Shown here in pieces: positions 19,708 to 29,329 of a stretch of 64,000 nucleotides of DNA. The notes beneath the pieces are model-generated. The model saw only the letters and a list, made by a program, of their open reading frames with translations. It had not been told where the DNA came from and searched no databases. The position numbers and the translations under genes are program-made. Source of the stretch: Ruminococcus sp. (GTDB lineage: Bacteria; Bacillota; Clostridia; Oscillospirales; Acutalibacteraceae); NCBI GenBank assembly GCA_045124035.1, contig JBGVLC010000032.1:30427-94426 (forward strand), in the 5' to 3' direction. The first letter of the stretch is position 1, and each line of letters begins with the position of its first letter.

Positions 19708-20109
19708 ATGAAAACTTACACTAAATTTCAAAAAATATTTTTCACACTTCTGCCCTTTGTGATACTTTTGCTTATTTTCTTTGTATGCTATGTCGGTACA
19801 AACTACACCTATCTTCTGCGTCCTTGTCTTTCTTATGAGCTGTTTGACATTCATTGTGCAGGATGTGGGCTCACAAGGTCAGTTACAGCACTTGTAAACG
19901 GAGAAATCTTGCTGTCGCTCAGACAGAACATTTTCCCGATTTTGTTACTCGTAATATCAGCTTTACTATACTCAGAGTTTTTGCTCAAGGTATATGGCAA
20001 AAAAATCCCTTTCACTTTGTTCAAAGAAAAGTATCTTTGGGGATTGCTGATATTTGCTCTGATATACACAGTAAGCAGAAATATCTTCCCTATACTTGCT
20101 CCGATTTAA
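19708..20109 (+). CDS. DUF2752 family membrane protein
   Basis: PCLSYELFDIHCAGCGLTRSVTALVNG..SLRQN motif; C-terminal RNI. Confidence 0.8.
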   Translation: MKTYTKFQKIFFTLLPFVILLLIFFVCYVGTNYTYLLRPCLSYELFDIHCAGCGLTRSVTALVNGEILLSLRQNIFPILLLVISALLYSEFLLKVYGKKIPFTLFKEKYLWGLLIFALIYTVSRNIFPILAPI

Positions 20110-20164
20110 TTTTCAAAGCAGAGTACACATATTTAATTTTTATACAATTTTCGGTGGTGATACT

Positions 20165-20344
20165 ATGGCTAAATCAAGCTGTGAATTTTGTGCATACTAT
20201 ATATACAACGAACACTACGATTGCTATGAATGTATGGTAAACTTAGACGAAGATGACCTTGCAAGATTTATGCAGTCCTCCGTCAACGATTGCAGCTACT
20301 TCAAATTCAGCGACGACTACAAGATAGTTAGGAAACAAAACTGA
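20165..20344 (+). CDS. Small Cys-rich protein (DUF6472-like)
   Basis: SCEFCAYY..YECMVNLDEDD..F..C.YF..DDYKIVRKQ; GGTGGTG SD. Confidence 0.7.
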   Translation: MAKSSCEFCAYYIYNEHYDCYECMVNLDEDDLARFMQSSVNDCSYFKFSDDYKIVRKQN

Positions 20345-20345
20345 T

Positions 20346-20915
20346 ATGAAAAATGGAAAAATCAAAACATACTTACAACTACTTCTGTCTTTTATGAAGA
20401 TAGGCGTTGTCACTTTTGGTGGTGGCTACGCCATGATTCCTATAATCGAAAACGAAACCTCGAAGAAAAGAAAATGGATAAGCGAAAACGACCTCATTGA
20501 TGTTGTAGCAATTTCGGAGTCAACTCCGGGTCCTATCGCTATTTGTGCCGCTTCTTTCATCGGCTACAAAGTTTCGGGTTTTATCGGAGCTATGTGTGCA
20601 ACACTCGGAGTCGTCCTTCCATCTTTTGTCATCATCTATCTCATATCGTTGTTCTTGCAGGAATTTTCGACATATGACATTGTTAGATACGCGTTCACCG
20701 GTATAAGAGCAGGTGTGCTTGCACTTATTATCAAAGCGGTCATTTCGATGTACAAAAAAGCTCCGAAACATATTCTTTCATACATCATAATGTCACTTTC
20801 GTTCTTGCTTGTTGTGTTCTTCTCAACAAACGTCCTTGTCATTATACTTTCAAGCGCTGTTATCGGAATTGTCGCTTCAATTGTTGAGAGAAAGAGAGGC
20901 AGAGAGCTCAGATGA
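20346..20915 (+). CDS. Chromate transporter family (CHR), half-size subunit 1
   Basis: KIGVVTFGGGYAMIP, ESTPGPIAI. Confidence 0.9.
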   Translation: MKNGKIKTYLQLLLSFMKIGVVTFGGGYAMIPIIENETSKKRKWISENDLIDVVAISESTPGPIAICAASFIGYKVSGFIGAMCATLGVVLPSFVIIYLISLFLQEFSTYDIVRYAFTGIRAGVLALIIKAVISMYKKAPKHILSYIIMSLSFLLVVFFSTNVLVIILSSAVIGIVASIVERKRGRELR

Positions 20916-21484
20916 TTTACCTCATACTTTTTCTCGAGTTTTTTAAGATTGGTGCGTTCACCTTTGGCGGTGGATACGCTATGATTCCGTTCATCCAGGA
21001 AACAGTCCTCAAACACGAATGGCTTTCCACAAGTGAACTTGTCGACTTCATCGCAGTCAGCGAAAGCACCCCAGGAGCATTCGCTGTGAACATCTCAACA
21101 TATGTAGGCTCACAGGTCGGAGGATTTTTCGGCGCTGTTTGTGCAACACTCGGCGTTGTGCTCCCTGCTTTTCTTCTTATCCTTGTCATCGCAAAAATAT
21201 ATGACAAGTTCAAAAACAGCAAAACTGTTCAAGGTGCGATGTTCGGGCTGAAATCTGTTGTTGTCGGACTTATCGGAGCGACAGTTGTGTCGATCGCGAT
21301 TGAACTGTTCTTTTCTGACGGATTCACAGCATCAGTCATAACCACATCAACTTTCTGGTTCTCGCTTGTTGTATTTGGAATTATGACATTTTTACTTCTT
21401 AAAAAGAAATTTAACCCTATTCTCATCGTTGTGTTATCCGCCCTGTCGGGTATCATCGCAGGATACGCAGGATTAATCCCATAA
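20912..21484 (+). CDS. Chromate transporter family (CHR), half-size subunit 2
   Basis: KIGAFTFGGGYAMIP, ESTPGAFAVN; ATGA overlap with subunit 1. Confidence 0.9.
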   Translation: MIYLILFLEFFKIGAFTFGGGYAMIPFIQETVLKHEWLSTSELVDFIAVSESTPGAFAVNISTYVGSQVGGFFGAVCATLGVVLPAFLLILVIAKIYDKFKNSKTVQGAMFGLKSVVVGLIGATVVSIAIELFFSDGFTASVITTSTFWFSLVVFGIMTFLLLKKKFNPILIVVLSALSGIIAGYAGLIP

Positions 21485-21521
21485 AAATCAGCACAGCCTG
21501 AAAAATGGCTGTGCTTTTTGT

Positions 21522-22304
21522 TTACAGTTCTTTTTTGATTGAGTCGAGTGCACCTTTTTCTATTCTGCTGACTTGAGCCTGACTTATGCCGATTTCGTTC
21601 GCTACTTCCATCTGGGTTTTTCCCTTGAAATATCGAAGGGCAAGTATCTTCTTTTCGCGGTCGGATAGTTTCCTTATTGCTTCTTTTATTGCGATTTCGT
21701 CGAGCCAATCGTTATCATCACACTTATCACCCACCTGATCCATAACATAAATCGTGTCGTTTCCTTCAGAAAAAACAGGTTCGTAAAGTGAGACAGGCTC
21801 AACTATCGCTTCAAGTGCCAACACAACTGTTTCTTTTTCGACATCCATAATTTTTGCTATTTCTTCAACTGTCGGCTCTTTTCCGTTTTTCGTGGTCAGT
21901 TCCTCTTTTATCTGCATAGCACGATACGCTGTATCACGCATCGAACGTGAAACGCGGATAGCGTTGTTATCCCTGAGATAACGTCTCAACTCACCACACA
22001 CCATAGGCACTCCATATGTTGAAAAACGAACATCAAGACTCGGGTCAAAATTATCGATAGCTTTGATGAGACCGATAACTCCAACCTGAAACAAGTCGTC
22101 CATATTTTCCCCTCGATTTACAAACCGCTGAATGACTGATAAGACCAATCTAAGATTGCCGTTTATCATTTTTTCTCTGGCAACCTGAGCTTCGTGTTTC
22201 GAACCATTTTTGATGATACTGAGCAACTCACGTTTTTCTTTTTCGCTTAGAACTTTGAGCTTTGCTGTGTTCACTCCGCAGATTTCAACTTTATTATACT
22301 GCAA
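21522..22304 (-). CDS. sigG: RNA polymerase forespore sigma factor SigG
   Basis: NKVEICGVNTAKLKVL N-terminus, GNLRLVLSVIQRF, VSRSMRDTAY, GKTQMEVANEIGISQAQVSRIEK. Confidence 0.95.
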   Translation of the reverse strand: MQYNKVEICGVNTAKLKVLSEKEKRELLSIIKNGSKHEAQVAREKMINGNLRLVLSVIQRFVNRGENMDDLFQVGVIGLIKAIDNFDPSLDVRFSTYGVPMVCGELRRYLRDNNAIRVSRSMRDTAYRAMQIKEELTTKNGKEPTVEEIAKIMDVEKETVVLALEAIVEPVSLYEPVFSEGNDTIYVMDQVGDKCDDNDWLDEIAIKEAIRKLSDREKKILALRYFKGKTQMEVANEIGISQAQVSRIEKGALDSIKKEL

Positions 22305-22310
22305 CAAAAA

Positions 22311-22363
22311 TCCCCCTTGGTAGCACTTAACTTAAGTATTACCAAAGGGGTGTTTTTTCATTC
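22311..22363 (-). promoter_or_regulatory. SigF/SigG-type promoter of sigG, embedded in a hairpin that also covers the sigG RBS
   Basis: GAATG-N15-GGTAATACTTA; hairpin CCCCTTTGGTAATACTTA..TAAGTGCTACCAAGGGG followed by ATTTTT. Confidence 0.65.
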
Positions 22364-22365
22364 AA

Positions 22366-23628
22366 TTATTCATCTTCAAGCAGAGCCTGTGTATCGACCT
22401 TGGTGTCAGCAGTCTGAACAGCTTTGAGCTTTCGCTGAATCTGGCGGGTGCGAACTCCGGCAAGTGTATCAAGGTCGTTTGTGACCATATTGATATGCTG
22501 TTGAGCTTTGGCAAGCACATCAGCAAAGGTGTCAAATTCTTTCTTGACGTTGCCAAGAACCTCCCACACTTCTGCACTACGCTTCTGAACCGCTAGAGTT
22601 TTAAAGCCCATTTGAATAGAATTGAGAAGAGCCGCCATAGTGCTTGGTCCTGCGATATTCACCTTGTAGTCACGCTGTAAAATTTCAACCATACCTCTGT
22701 TCACAACCTCGCTGTAAAGTCCTTCAAACGGAAGGAACATAATAGCGAACTCGGTTGTATTAGGTGGGTCAATATACTTGTCGTGGATATCTTTTGCTTC
22801 TTTTTTGATGGTGTTCATCAGAACCTTTGCAGCAGCATCAACAGCCTCCTTAGAACCTGAATCATATGCATCTTTGAGTTGAGCGTAAGTATCTCCAGGG
22901 AACTTTGAGTCGATCGGAAGATAGATAAATCCATCATCTTTTGCAGGAAGTTTGACCGCAAACTCAACAACATCGCGTGAGCCATGCTTGGTCGCAACAT
23001 TTTCGGCATACTGTTCAGGAGCGAGAATTTCTTTGAGGATAGAGCCTAGCTGAATTTCACCAAGTATTCCTCGGGTTTTAACATTGGACAAAACTTTCTT
23101 CAAATCACCAACGCCTGTTGCGAGATTCTGCATCTCGCCAAGGCCCTTGTATACCTGTTCAAGTCGCTCAGAAACAAGCGCAAAAGACTTGTTCATCTTG
23201 TCTTCTAATGTTTTCTGGAGCTTTTCGTCAACCGTCTGGCGCATTTTCTCCAGCTGCTTATTGTTATCTTCCTGAATGTAGTTAAGCTTATGTTCAACGC
23301 TTCTTCGAATCAGCTCGAGCTTTTGTTCATTTTCGAGAGAAAAAGTTTTGAGTCGCTCTTCGATAGCTTTTGAGTTATCACGCTGAGCTCTCTCGAAGTT
23401 CTGTTGATTTTGAGAAATCATATCGCCCATATTTTTCACAGTTTGTGAAGTTGACTGGATAAGTTCCTGACGAACCTGACTCAAAGCCTGCATATTCTTT
23501 TGCTCAAAGTCAGACATATCAGGTTTTTGGTTTCGACTTTTCATAATCATAATGACCGCTACAGTGGTTAAAATCAAAGAAAAAACCGCTACTACGAGGG
23601 TCAAAATATTCAAAATTTCTTGTTGCAT
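22366..23628 (-). CDS. rmuC: DNA recombination protein RmuC
   Basis: NVKTRGILGEIQL, PIDSKFP, FAIMFLPFEGLY, GPSTMAALLNSIQMGF. Confidence 0.92.
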   Translation of the reverse strand: MQQEILNILTLVVAVFSLILTTVAVIMIMKSRNQKPDMSDFEQKNMQALSQVRQELIQSTSQTVKNMGDMISQNQQNFERAQRDNSKAIEERLKTFSLENEQKLELIRRSVEHKLNYIQEDNNKQLEKMRQTVDEKLQKTLEDKMNKSFALVSERLEQVYKGLGEMQNLATGVGDLKKVLSNVKTRGILGEIQLGSILKEILAPEQYAENVATKHGSRDVVEFAVKLPAKDDGFIYLPIDSKFPGDTYAQLKDAYDSGSKEAVDAAAKVLMNTIKKEAKDIHDKYIDPPNTTEFAIMFLPFEGLYSEVVNRGMVEILQRDYKVNIAGPSTMAALLNSIQMGFKTLAVQKRSAEVWEVLGNVKKEFDTFADVLAKAQQHINMVTNDLDTLAGVRTRQIQRKLKAVQTADTKVDTQALLEDE

Positions 23629-23704
23629 ATAATACTCCTAAGTTTTCAAAAATATATTATTATTTTATCATTTTTGAAAACCTCAGTCAACAAGATATCA
23701 TTAC

Positions 23705-24631
23705 CTATGAAACAAAACTTGTTTTTATATATTTCTCACATTCTTTAGGCGAATAAACAAATTCGTCAACATGGTCGCCCTCATAAAAATATTTTATAGG
23801 ACTTACCGTAGGTTCACCCTCAAAAGTATCGATGATAATAAGCTTTATCTTCATTTTTGATGGTATGATGCTTTTGATATAAACGCTAGCTAGATCTCCA
23901 ACTCTCACCCCTTCTTTGAGCTCGGAAAGTCCAGCAAGGTTTGGTGCAAGTTCAACAAAAGCTCCGTAGTTTTCGACTGAACGCACAACACCTGAAACCG
24001 TCTCACCAACAGTAAAAAGCTTCGCATTTTCTTCCCATGTACCGAGAAGTTCTTTGTGGCTGAGACTTATCCTGCCGTTTTCGATTGACTTTATCACAGC
24101 TTTTATATCCATCCCGACAGAAAATCTCTCTTTTGGATGCTCAATGCGTGAAATTGAAATCGTATCAATCGGCATAAGTGCAACGATTCCACAACCGATA
24201 TCGGCAAACGCACCAAAGCTCTCAAGGTGGGTAATTCTGGCGCCAATAACATCACCAACTGAGAGTGTGCTTATGTAATCATCAAGACATCTGCGTTGTG
24301 CCTTTTCACGCGATAAAATCGCAAGTGGTGCACCCGTATCAGTAGTTGTGAAGTCTGTTATAACAAAGCTTACAGGGCGATTGACACGAGATATGACCGC
24401 TATATCCCTAACAGTCCCCTCTCTGATACCTAGCGCACCTTCTTCGCGTGGGATAATCCCTTTGATCAGACCCAAATCAACTGTCAAATTGTGCTTTGCA
24501 TCACATAATGTAGCTTTTGCTTCAAGTATTTTCCCCTGCGTTTTCGCCTCTCTCATCGCTGATATTGAAGACAGGTTTTTCAAATTTTCGTGAGTATTAA
24601 TAAGCTTTCCCTCTGGTAAATAGGGTGTCAT
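23705..24631 (-). CDS. S1 RNA-binding domain protein (about 3 S1 repeats)
   Basis: ITHLESFGAFADIG, VRSVENYGAFVEL. Confidence 0.8.
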   Translation of the reverse strand: MTPYLPEGKLINTHENLKNLSSISAMREAKTQGKILEAKATLCDAKHNLTVDLGLIKGIIPREEGALGIREGTVRDIAVISRVNRPVSFVITDFTTTDTGAPLAILSREKAQRRCLDDYISTLSVGDVIGARITHLESFGAFADIGCGIVALMPIDTISISRIEHPKERFSVGMDIKAVIKSIENGRISLSHKELLGTWEENAKLFTVGETVSGVVRSVENYGAFVELAPNLAGLSELKEGVRVGDLASVYIKSIIPSKMKIKLIIIDTFEGEPTVSPIKYFYEGDHVDEFVYSPKECEKYIKTSFVS

Positions 24632-24794
24632 TTTGTGTCCTCCTTAGGCTTTCTCTTTATAAATTTTTATGACAAGTAGCTCCTATATATACCAAAGATG
24701 ACAATGAACATTCTTTGAAAATTTAAACTTAGGTATTGAAAAGATATAAAATTTATATTAGAATTAGAAGAGTTTTAGGAAAGGAAACTGCAAA

Positions 24795-25508
24795 ATGAAA
24801 AAATTATTATTAATTTTACTTGCACTTGTGATGTGTATGACATTTGTCACAGGTTGTGGCAACGATGTTGTATTCTCAGGTGAAACAGAATTACAGGGCG
24901 GAGTTTCTGCCGACGACGGAGGTAACAAAGAAATGAACACAGACGCATTACTTAACATCAACGATATCAAAACTGTTGACAATCCTGTTGTTGACGATGA
25001 TTATGCAACAAAAGATCCACAAAAGGGTGAAACTGTTGCTGTTATCCACACAAGTATGGGCGACATCTCTATGAGATTTTTAGACGAGGTAGCTCCTCTT
25101 GCTACTAACAACTTCATCGCTCTCGCTGAAGCTGGCAGATATGACAACACTATCTTCCACAGAGTTATCAACAACTTTATGATTCAGGGTGGCGACTATA
25201 CAAACTTCAACGGCACAGGCGGTGTTTCAGCTTATGGTGTTGAGTTTCCTAACGAGGTTTCTGAATACGCTTCAAACGTAAGAGGTTCAGTTGCTATGGC
25301 TAACGCTGGTCCTGACACAAACGGCAGCCAGTTCTACATCAACCAGTGCTACAACGACAACGCATATCTTGACGGCGGTTACACAGTATTCGGCTGGGTT
25401 TATGAGGGTATGGACGTTGTTGACGCTATCGCAAATGTTCAGACAGCTGCAGGTGACAGACCTGTTGAAGATGTTACTATCGAGTACATCGAAGTTTTAG
25501 AATATTGA
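24795..25508 (+). CDS. Cyclophilin-type peptidyl-prolyl isomerase, lipoprotein
   Basis: Lipobox VTGC; FHRVINNFMIQGGD, AMANAGPDTNGSQFYI. Confidence 0.92.
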   Translation: MKKLLLILLALVMCMTFVTGCGNDVVFSGETELQGGVSADDGGNKEMNTDALLNINDIKTVDNPVVDDDYATKDPQKGETVAVIHTSMGDISMRFLDEVAPLATNNFIALAEAGRYDNTIFHRVINNFMIQGGDYTNFNGTGGVSAYGVEFPNEVSEYASNVRGSVAMANAGPDTNGSQFYINQCYNDNAYLDGGYTVFGWVYEGMDVVDAIANVQTAAGDRPVEDVTIEYIEVLEY

Positions 25509-25572
25509 TTTAAAACTAAAACCTTCCCTGAGATAATCGGGGAAGGTTAATTTTCAAAGGAGAATTATTTCT

Positions 25573-26421
25573 ATGTCTGATAAGCCTATCGTAGCCATAA
25601 TGTATGACTTCGACAAAACTTTGTGCACCAAAGATATGCAAGACTACAACTTCATCCCTAGTCTTTCAATGACATCAAAAGATTTCTGGGCTGCTGCTAA
25701 CGGATTTGGTTTTGCTGAACATATGGACTCAATTCTTGCTTATATGTACACAATGGTTCAAAAGTCAAAAGAAAAAGGAATTCCGCTTAACCGCGAAACT
25801 TTAGTCAAAAACGGCAAGGACATTGAATTTTATAACGGTGTTACCGAGTGGTTCGACCGAGTCAACCAGTATGGTGCTATCGTGGGTGTAAGCGTTGAAC
25901 ACTACATCATTTCATCAGGACTCAAAGAAATCATCGAAGGTTCATCAATCAGCAAAAAGTTCAAAGAGATTTTTGCGTGTGAGTTCTACTATGACGAAAC
26001 AGGACACGCTGTGTGGCCGAAAACTGCGGTTAACTACACAAATAAAACCCAATTCGTTTATCGAATCAACAAAGGTGTGCTCGATGTTGCAAATGATATC
26101 GACCTCAACCGTTCGATGCCTGATGACTCAAAACGCGTACCTTTCTCAAATATGATTTACATAGGCGACGGTCTTTCCGATGTTCCATGTATGAAAATGA
26201 TGAAAGCATACGGCGGTCAGTCAATCGCTGTTTATACCGACTCTAACAAAGAGAAGGTTGAGCAGTTACTCATCGAAGACAGAGTTGACTACATCTTCCC
26301 TGCTGACTATTCAAAAGACAGCCGACTCGATAAAACAATGAAAAACATCCTCAAGAAAATGGCTATCGAAAACGCTCTGACAGACGAAAATAATCGTCAG
26401 CTCAAAAGCATAGGAAAATAA
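25573..26421 (+). CDS. HAD-like hydrolase
   Basis: MYDFDKTL motif I, ISSG motif II, YIGDGLSDVPC motif IV. Confidence 0.85.
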   Translation: MSDKPIVAIMYDFDKTLCTKDMQDYNFIPSLSMTSKDFWAAANGFGFAEHMDSILAYMYTMVQKSKEKGIPLNRETLVKNGKDIEFYNGVTEWFDRVNQYGAIVGVSVEHYIISSGLKEIIEGSSISKKFKEIFACEFYYDETGHAVWPKTAVNYTNKTQFVYRINKGVLDVANDIDLNRSMPDDSKRVPFSNMIYIGDGLSDVPCMKMMKAYGGQSIAVYTDSNKEKVEQLLIEDRVDYIFPADYSKDSRLDKTMKNILKKMAIENALTDENNRQLKSIGK

Positions 26422-26440
26422 TTTGTTCTGCAAAAGAAAT

Positions 26441-26474
26441 AAGACCTCACTGTGAAAAGTGAGGTCTTTTTTTA
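26441..26474. terminator. Bidirectional terminator between convergent genes
   Basis: AAGACCTCAC/GTGAGGTCTT stem flanked by A and T tracts. Confidence 0.8.
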
Positions 26475-26481
26475 TGTGAAA

Positions 26482-27729
26482 TTATCTTTTCTGGATTCTA
26501 CCGCGGTTTTTGATAGCGCGGATAACGCTCGAAGTTAGCATCCAGATAGTAGCTACAATAATAACCGACAAGAGTATACACACTATGATTGTGTAGATAA
26601 GTTTTGAACCTGTGTCAGCACTTTCAATATCAGAAATCTCAGCTGATGATGAACAAGCCTTTACAAACTTTTCCTGCATATACACATAAACATCGCTTGG
26701 GATGTTGGAGAATGTATAGCATTTCTCAAGATACTCGTCAGGAGGATAGATAAGCTCGCAATTTTTCACTTCATCATCGAGTAATTCGTACGCTCCGCTG
26801 TTAGGAGTTGCGTAGCCGATATATTCAGCATTTGCGAGAGCTATCTCAGGTTCACACATAAAGTTGATAAACAGCTCCGCATACTCCTTGTTCTGACAAG
26901 AAGTCGGAATACACATCGCATCAACAAAGAGGTTGCTTCCCTCCTGTGGCAAGCAATATGTCAGGTCAGGGTTATTACTCATCATTGAATAAATATCACC
27001 GGCATAATACGGAGCGATAGCCGCCTGCGACCCCTCCATCTCAGTAAACACCTGATCCATAACATATTTTTTGAGAAGTGGTTTCTGTTCAACCAGCTTT
27101 TGCGTAGCTCTGTCAATATCTTCTTTAGTAAACGACTCAGAGCCAGGGTCAATAGGCGGATCGCAAAGCTGCATTGAAATCGCCATTGAGTCACGCGAGT
27201 TGTTGAACATCAGGATTTTTCCTTTATAATCCTCGTTCCAAAGGTCACAAAAGCCCTTGACCGAACCTTCTTCAATCATCTTTTTATTATATCCCAAAGC
27301 TACCACACAAGTAGTATATGGAACTGAATACTCACCTGTCGGGTCATACGACGATGTCCTGTATCTTTCCATAATATACTTGTAGTTAGGGACATTGTTC
27401 ATATCAATCTTTTCAAGATATCCTTCACTTCGAAGTTTGCTGATCATATAATCAGACGGAATAATAACATCGTAAGATGAGTTTGAATTCGTAAGTATGT
27501 TATAGAGCTCTTCGTTAGTCTCAAAGTTGGTGTAGTTAACCTTGATGTTGTAAGTTTTTTCAAACTCTTCAATAACATCAAGAGTTCCGTCATCACCGTT
27601 ACTGATATACTCGCCCCAGTTATACACATTGATTTCGCCTTCATATCCACCCGTGTCACCACAGCCAACAAGTGTAAGCGGCAAAAGAGCAAATAAAAGG
27701 CATAAAATAACGCATATTTTCTTTTTCAT
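26482..27729 (-). CDS. potD: Spermidine/putrescine-binding lipoprotein with an extra C-terminal TM helix
   Basis: Lipobox LVGC; NVYNWGEYI, YDVIIPSDYM, PQEGSNLFVDAMCIP; hydrophobic C-terminal segment. Confidence 0.9.
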   Translation of the reverse strand: MKKKICVILCLLFALLPLTLVGCGDTGGYEGEINVYNWGEYISNGDDGTLDVIEEFEKTYNIKVNYTNFETNEELYNILTNSNSSYDVIIPSDYMISKLRSEGYLEKIDMNNVPNYKYIMERYRTSSYDPTGEYSVPYTTCVVALGYNKKMIEEGSVKGFCDLWNEDYKGKILMFNNSRDSMAISMQLCDPPIDPGSESFTKEDIDRATQKLVEQKPLLKKYVMDQVFTEMEGSQAAIAPYYAGDIYSMMSNNPDLTYCLPQEGSNLFVDAMCIPTSCQNKEYAELFINFMCEPEIALANAEYIGYATPNSGAYELLDDEVKNCELIYPPDEYLEKCYTFSNIPSDVYVYMQEKFVKACSSSAEISDIESADTGSKLIYTIIVCILLSVIIVATIWMLTSSVIRAIKNRGRIQKR

Positions 27730-27755
27730 TTTCTACTCCAATAAACAAATTATAC

Positions 27756-28541
27756 TTAAGCTCTCTTCTCCTCTTTGCTACCCTTAATGTTAATAAGAAC
27801 AAGAATAACAAGAATAGCTACGAACAAAAGAGCCGAAAGTGCGTTAGCTTTAGGGTTGATACGCTGATGTGTCATCGTATAAATCTGGATAGGCAAGGTC
27901 TGGAACTGACTGCCTCGTGTGAAGTATGTAATAACAAAATCATCAAGCGAATAAGTGAAGCTGATGAGCATACCGGAAAAAATACCAGGCATAATCTCAG
28001 GTAATACAACCTTGAAGAACGCTTTGACAGGACTGCAACCAAGGTCAAGTGCTGCCTCATAAATACTGATATCCATTCGCCTTAAACGCGGAGTAACATT
28101 CAAAATAACATATGGCGTACAAAAGCCTATATGAGCAAGAAGTACAGTCACAAAGCCCATCTCAAACCCCAGCGCTGTGCCCGCAAGTGTGAACAAAAGC
28201 ATAAGCGACACACCTGTTACAATTTCAGGGTTAATAATAGGAATGTTAGAAACATTCTGGATAACTTTCTTGAATCCACCCTTGAAATTAAAAATACCAA
28301 TCGCTGCAAGTGTTCCAAGTACCGTCGCAAAAAGCGAAGCCAGTAAAGCTACAAGCAAACTGTTGTAAAGACTTCCCATAATCTGTGAGTCCTGAAACAG
28401 CGCTACGTACCACTTGAGTGTAAAGCCTTTCCAGACAGAAGTCTTTCCGTCGTTGAAACTGTACAGAATAAGGTAGATAAGCGGCAGATACAAAAACGCC
28501 ATAATGAGTCCGAAATAAATCTTGTGAGAAAGCTTTTTCAT
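27756..28541 (-). CDS. potC: Polyamine ABC permease
   Basis: FLYLPLIYLILYSFN, EAALDLGC, SLDDFVIT. Confidence 0.9.
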   Translation of the reverse strand: MKKLSHKIYFGLIMAFLYLPLIYLILYSFNDGKTSVWKGFTLKWYVALFQDSQIMGSLYNSLLVALLASLFATVLGTLAAIGIFNFKGGFKKVIQNVSNIPIINPEIVTGVSLMLLFTLAGTALGFEMGFVTVLLAHIGFCTPYVILNVTPRLRRMDISIYEAALDLGCSPVKAFFKVVLPEIMPGIFSGMLISFTYSLDDFVITYFTRGSQFQTLPIQIYTMTHQRINPKANALSALLFVAILVILVLINIKGSKEEKRA

Positions 28542-29329
28542 ACTCCAACCGCCTCCTCGTCACCAAATCTGTTCATAAAGACTAAGAAGCCTAAGATAAC
28601 TATCATCAGAACAAGTGCTATAGCAGAACCAGTATGGTGGTCTGACTGGAACACACGCTCGATGACATCACCAATCATAAATTGTGTACCGCCTAAGTAC
28701 TGAGCTACCAGGAATGTGCTCGCAGTCGGCACAAAAACCATAGTAACACCCGAGATAATACCCGGTGTGCTAAGCGGTAATATTACATTTTTGAATACAT
28801 AAAACTTACTTGCACCCAAATCCTGAGCTGCTTCAATAAGTGAGTTGTCGATTTTACTCATAACTGTATGGAGAGGTAAAATCATAAATGGCAGGAATTC
28901 ATACACCATACCAAGAATGGTAGCACCTGAATTACCAATAAGCGATATGTCGATACCGAAGAAATTGAGCAAGGTATCAAGCGGACCGTGGTTTTGCAGA
29001 ATCAGAACCCACGCGTAAATTCGAAGCAAGAAATTCATCCACATCGGCACCATAATAAACATTATTATCATACCCTGTCTGTGTTCATCGCATCGAGAAA
29101 TCATAAAGCTCAACGGATACGCAAGCACAAGACAAATAAATGTGGATATAAGCGCTATCCAAAGAGAATACAGGAAAACCTGAGAATAATCCGACGCGCT
29201 GATGAATGAATCGAAAGTGAAGTTTCCGCTTTCATCGGTAAAGGCATAGTAGACAACCATTGCAATCGGAACAATGGTAAAAAGAAGCATCCACAGCATA
29301 TATGGGTAAGCTGTCTTTTTAGATTTCAT
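28538..29329 (-). CDS. potB: Polyamine ABC permease
   Basis: [31 protein letters not shown]. Confidence 0.9.
   Translation of the reverse strand: MKSKKTAYPYMLWMLLFTIVPIAMVVYYAFTDESGNFTFDSFISASDYSQVFLYSLWIALISTFICLVLAYPLSFMISRCDEHRQGMIIMFIMVPMWMNFLLRIYAWVLILQNHGPLDTLLNFFGIDISLIGNSGATILGMVYEFLPFMILPLHTVMSKIDNSLIEAAQDLGASKFYVFKNVILPLSTPGIISGVTMVFVPTASTFLVAQYLGGTQFMIGDVIERVFQSDHHTGSAIALVLMIVILGFLVFMNRFGDEEAVGV

Noticed and set aside
25573-26421. The HAD hydrolase as a defence-system component
   Set aside because: Its neighbours are housekeeping genes (cyclophilin, pot) and there are no defence partners nearby.
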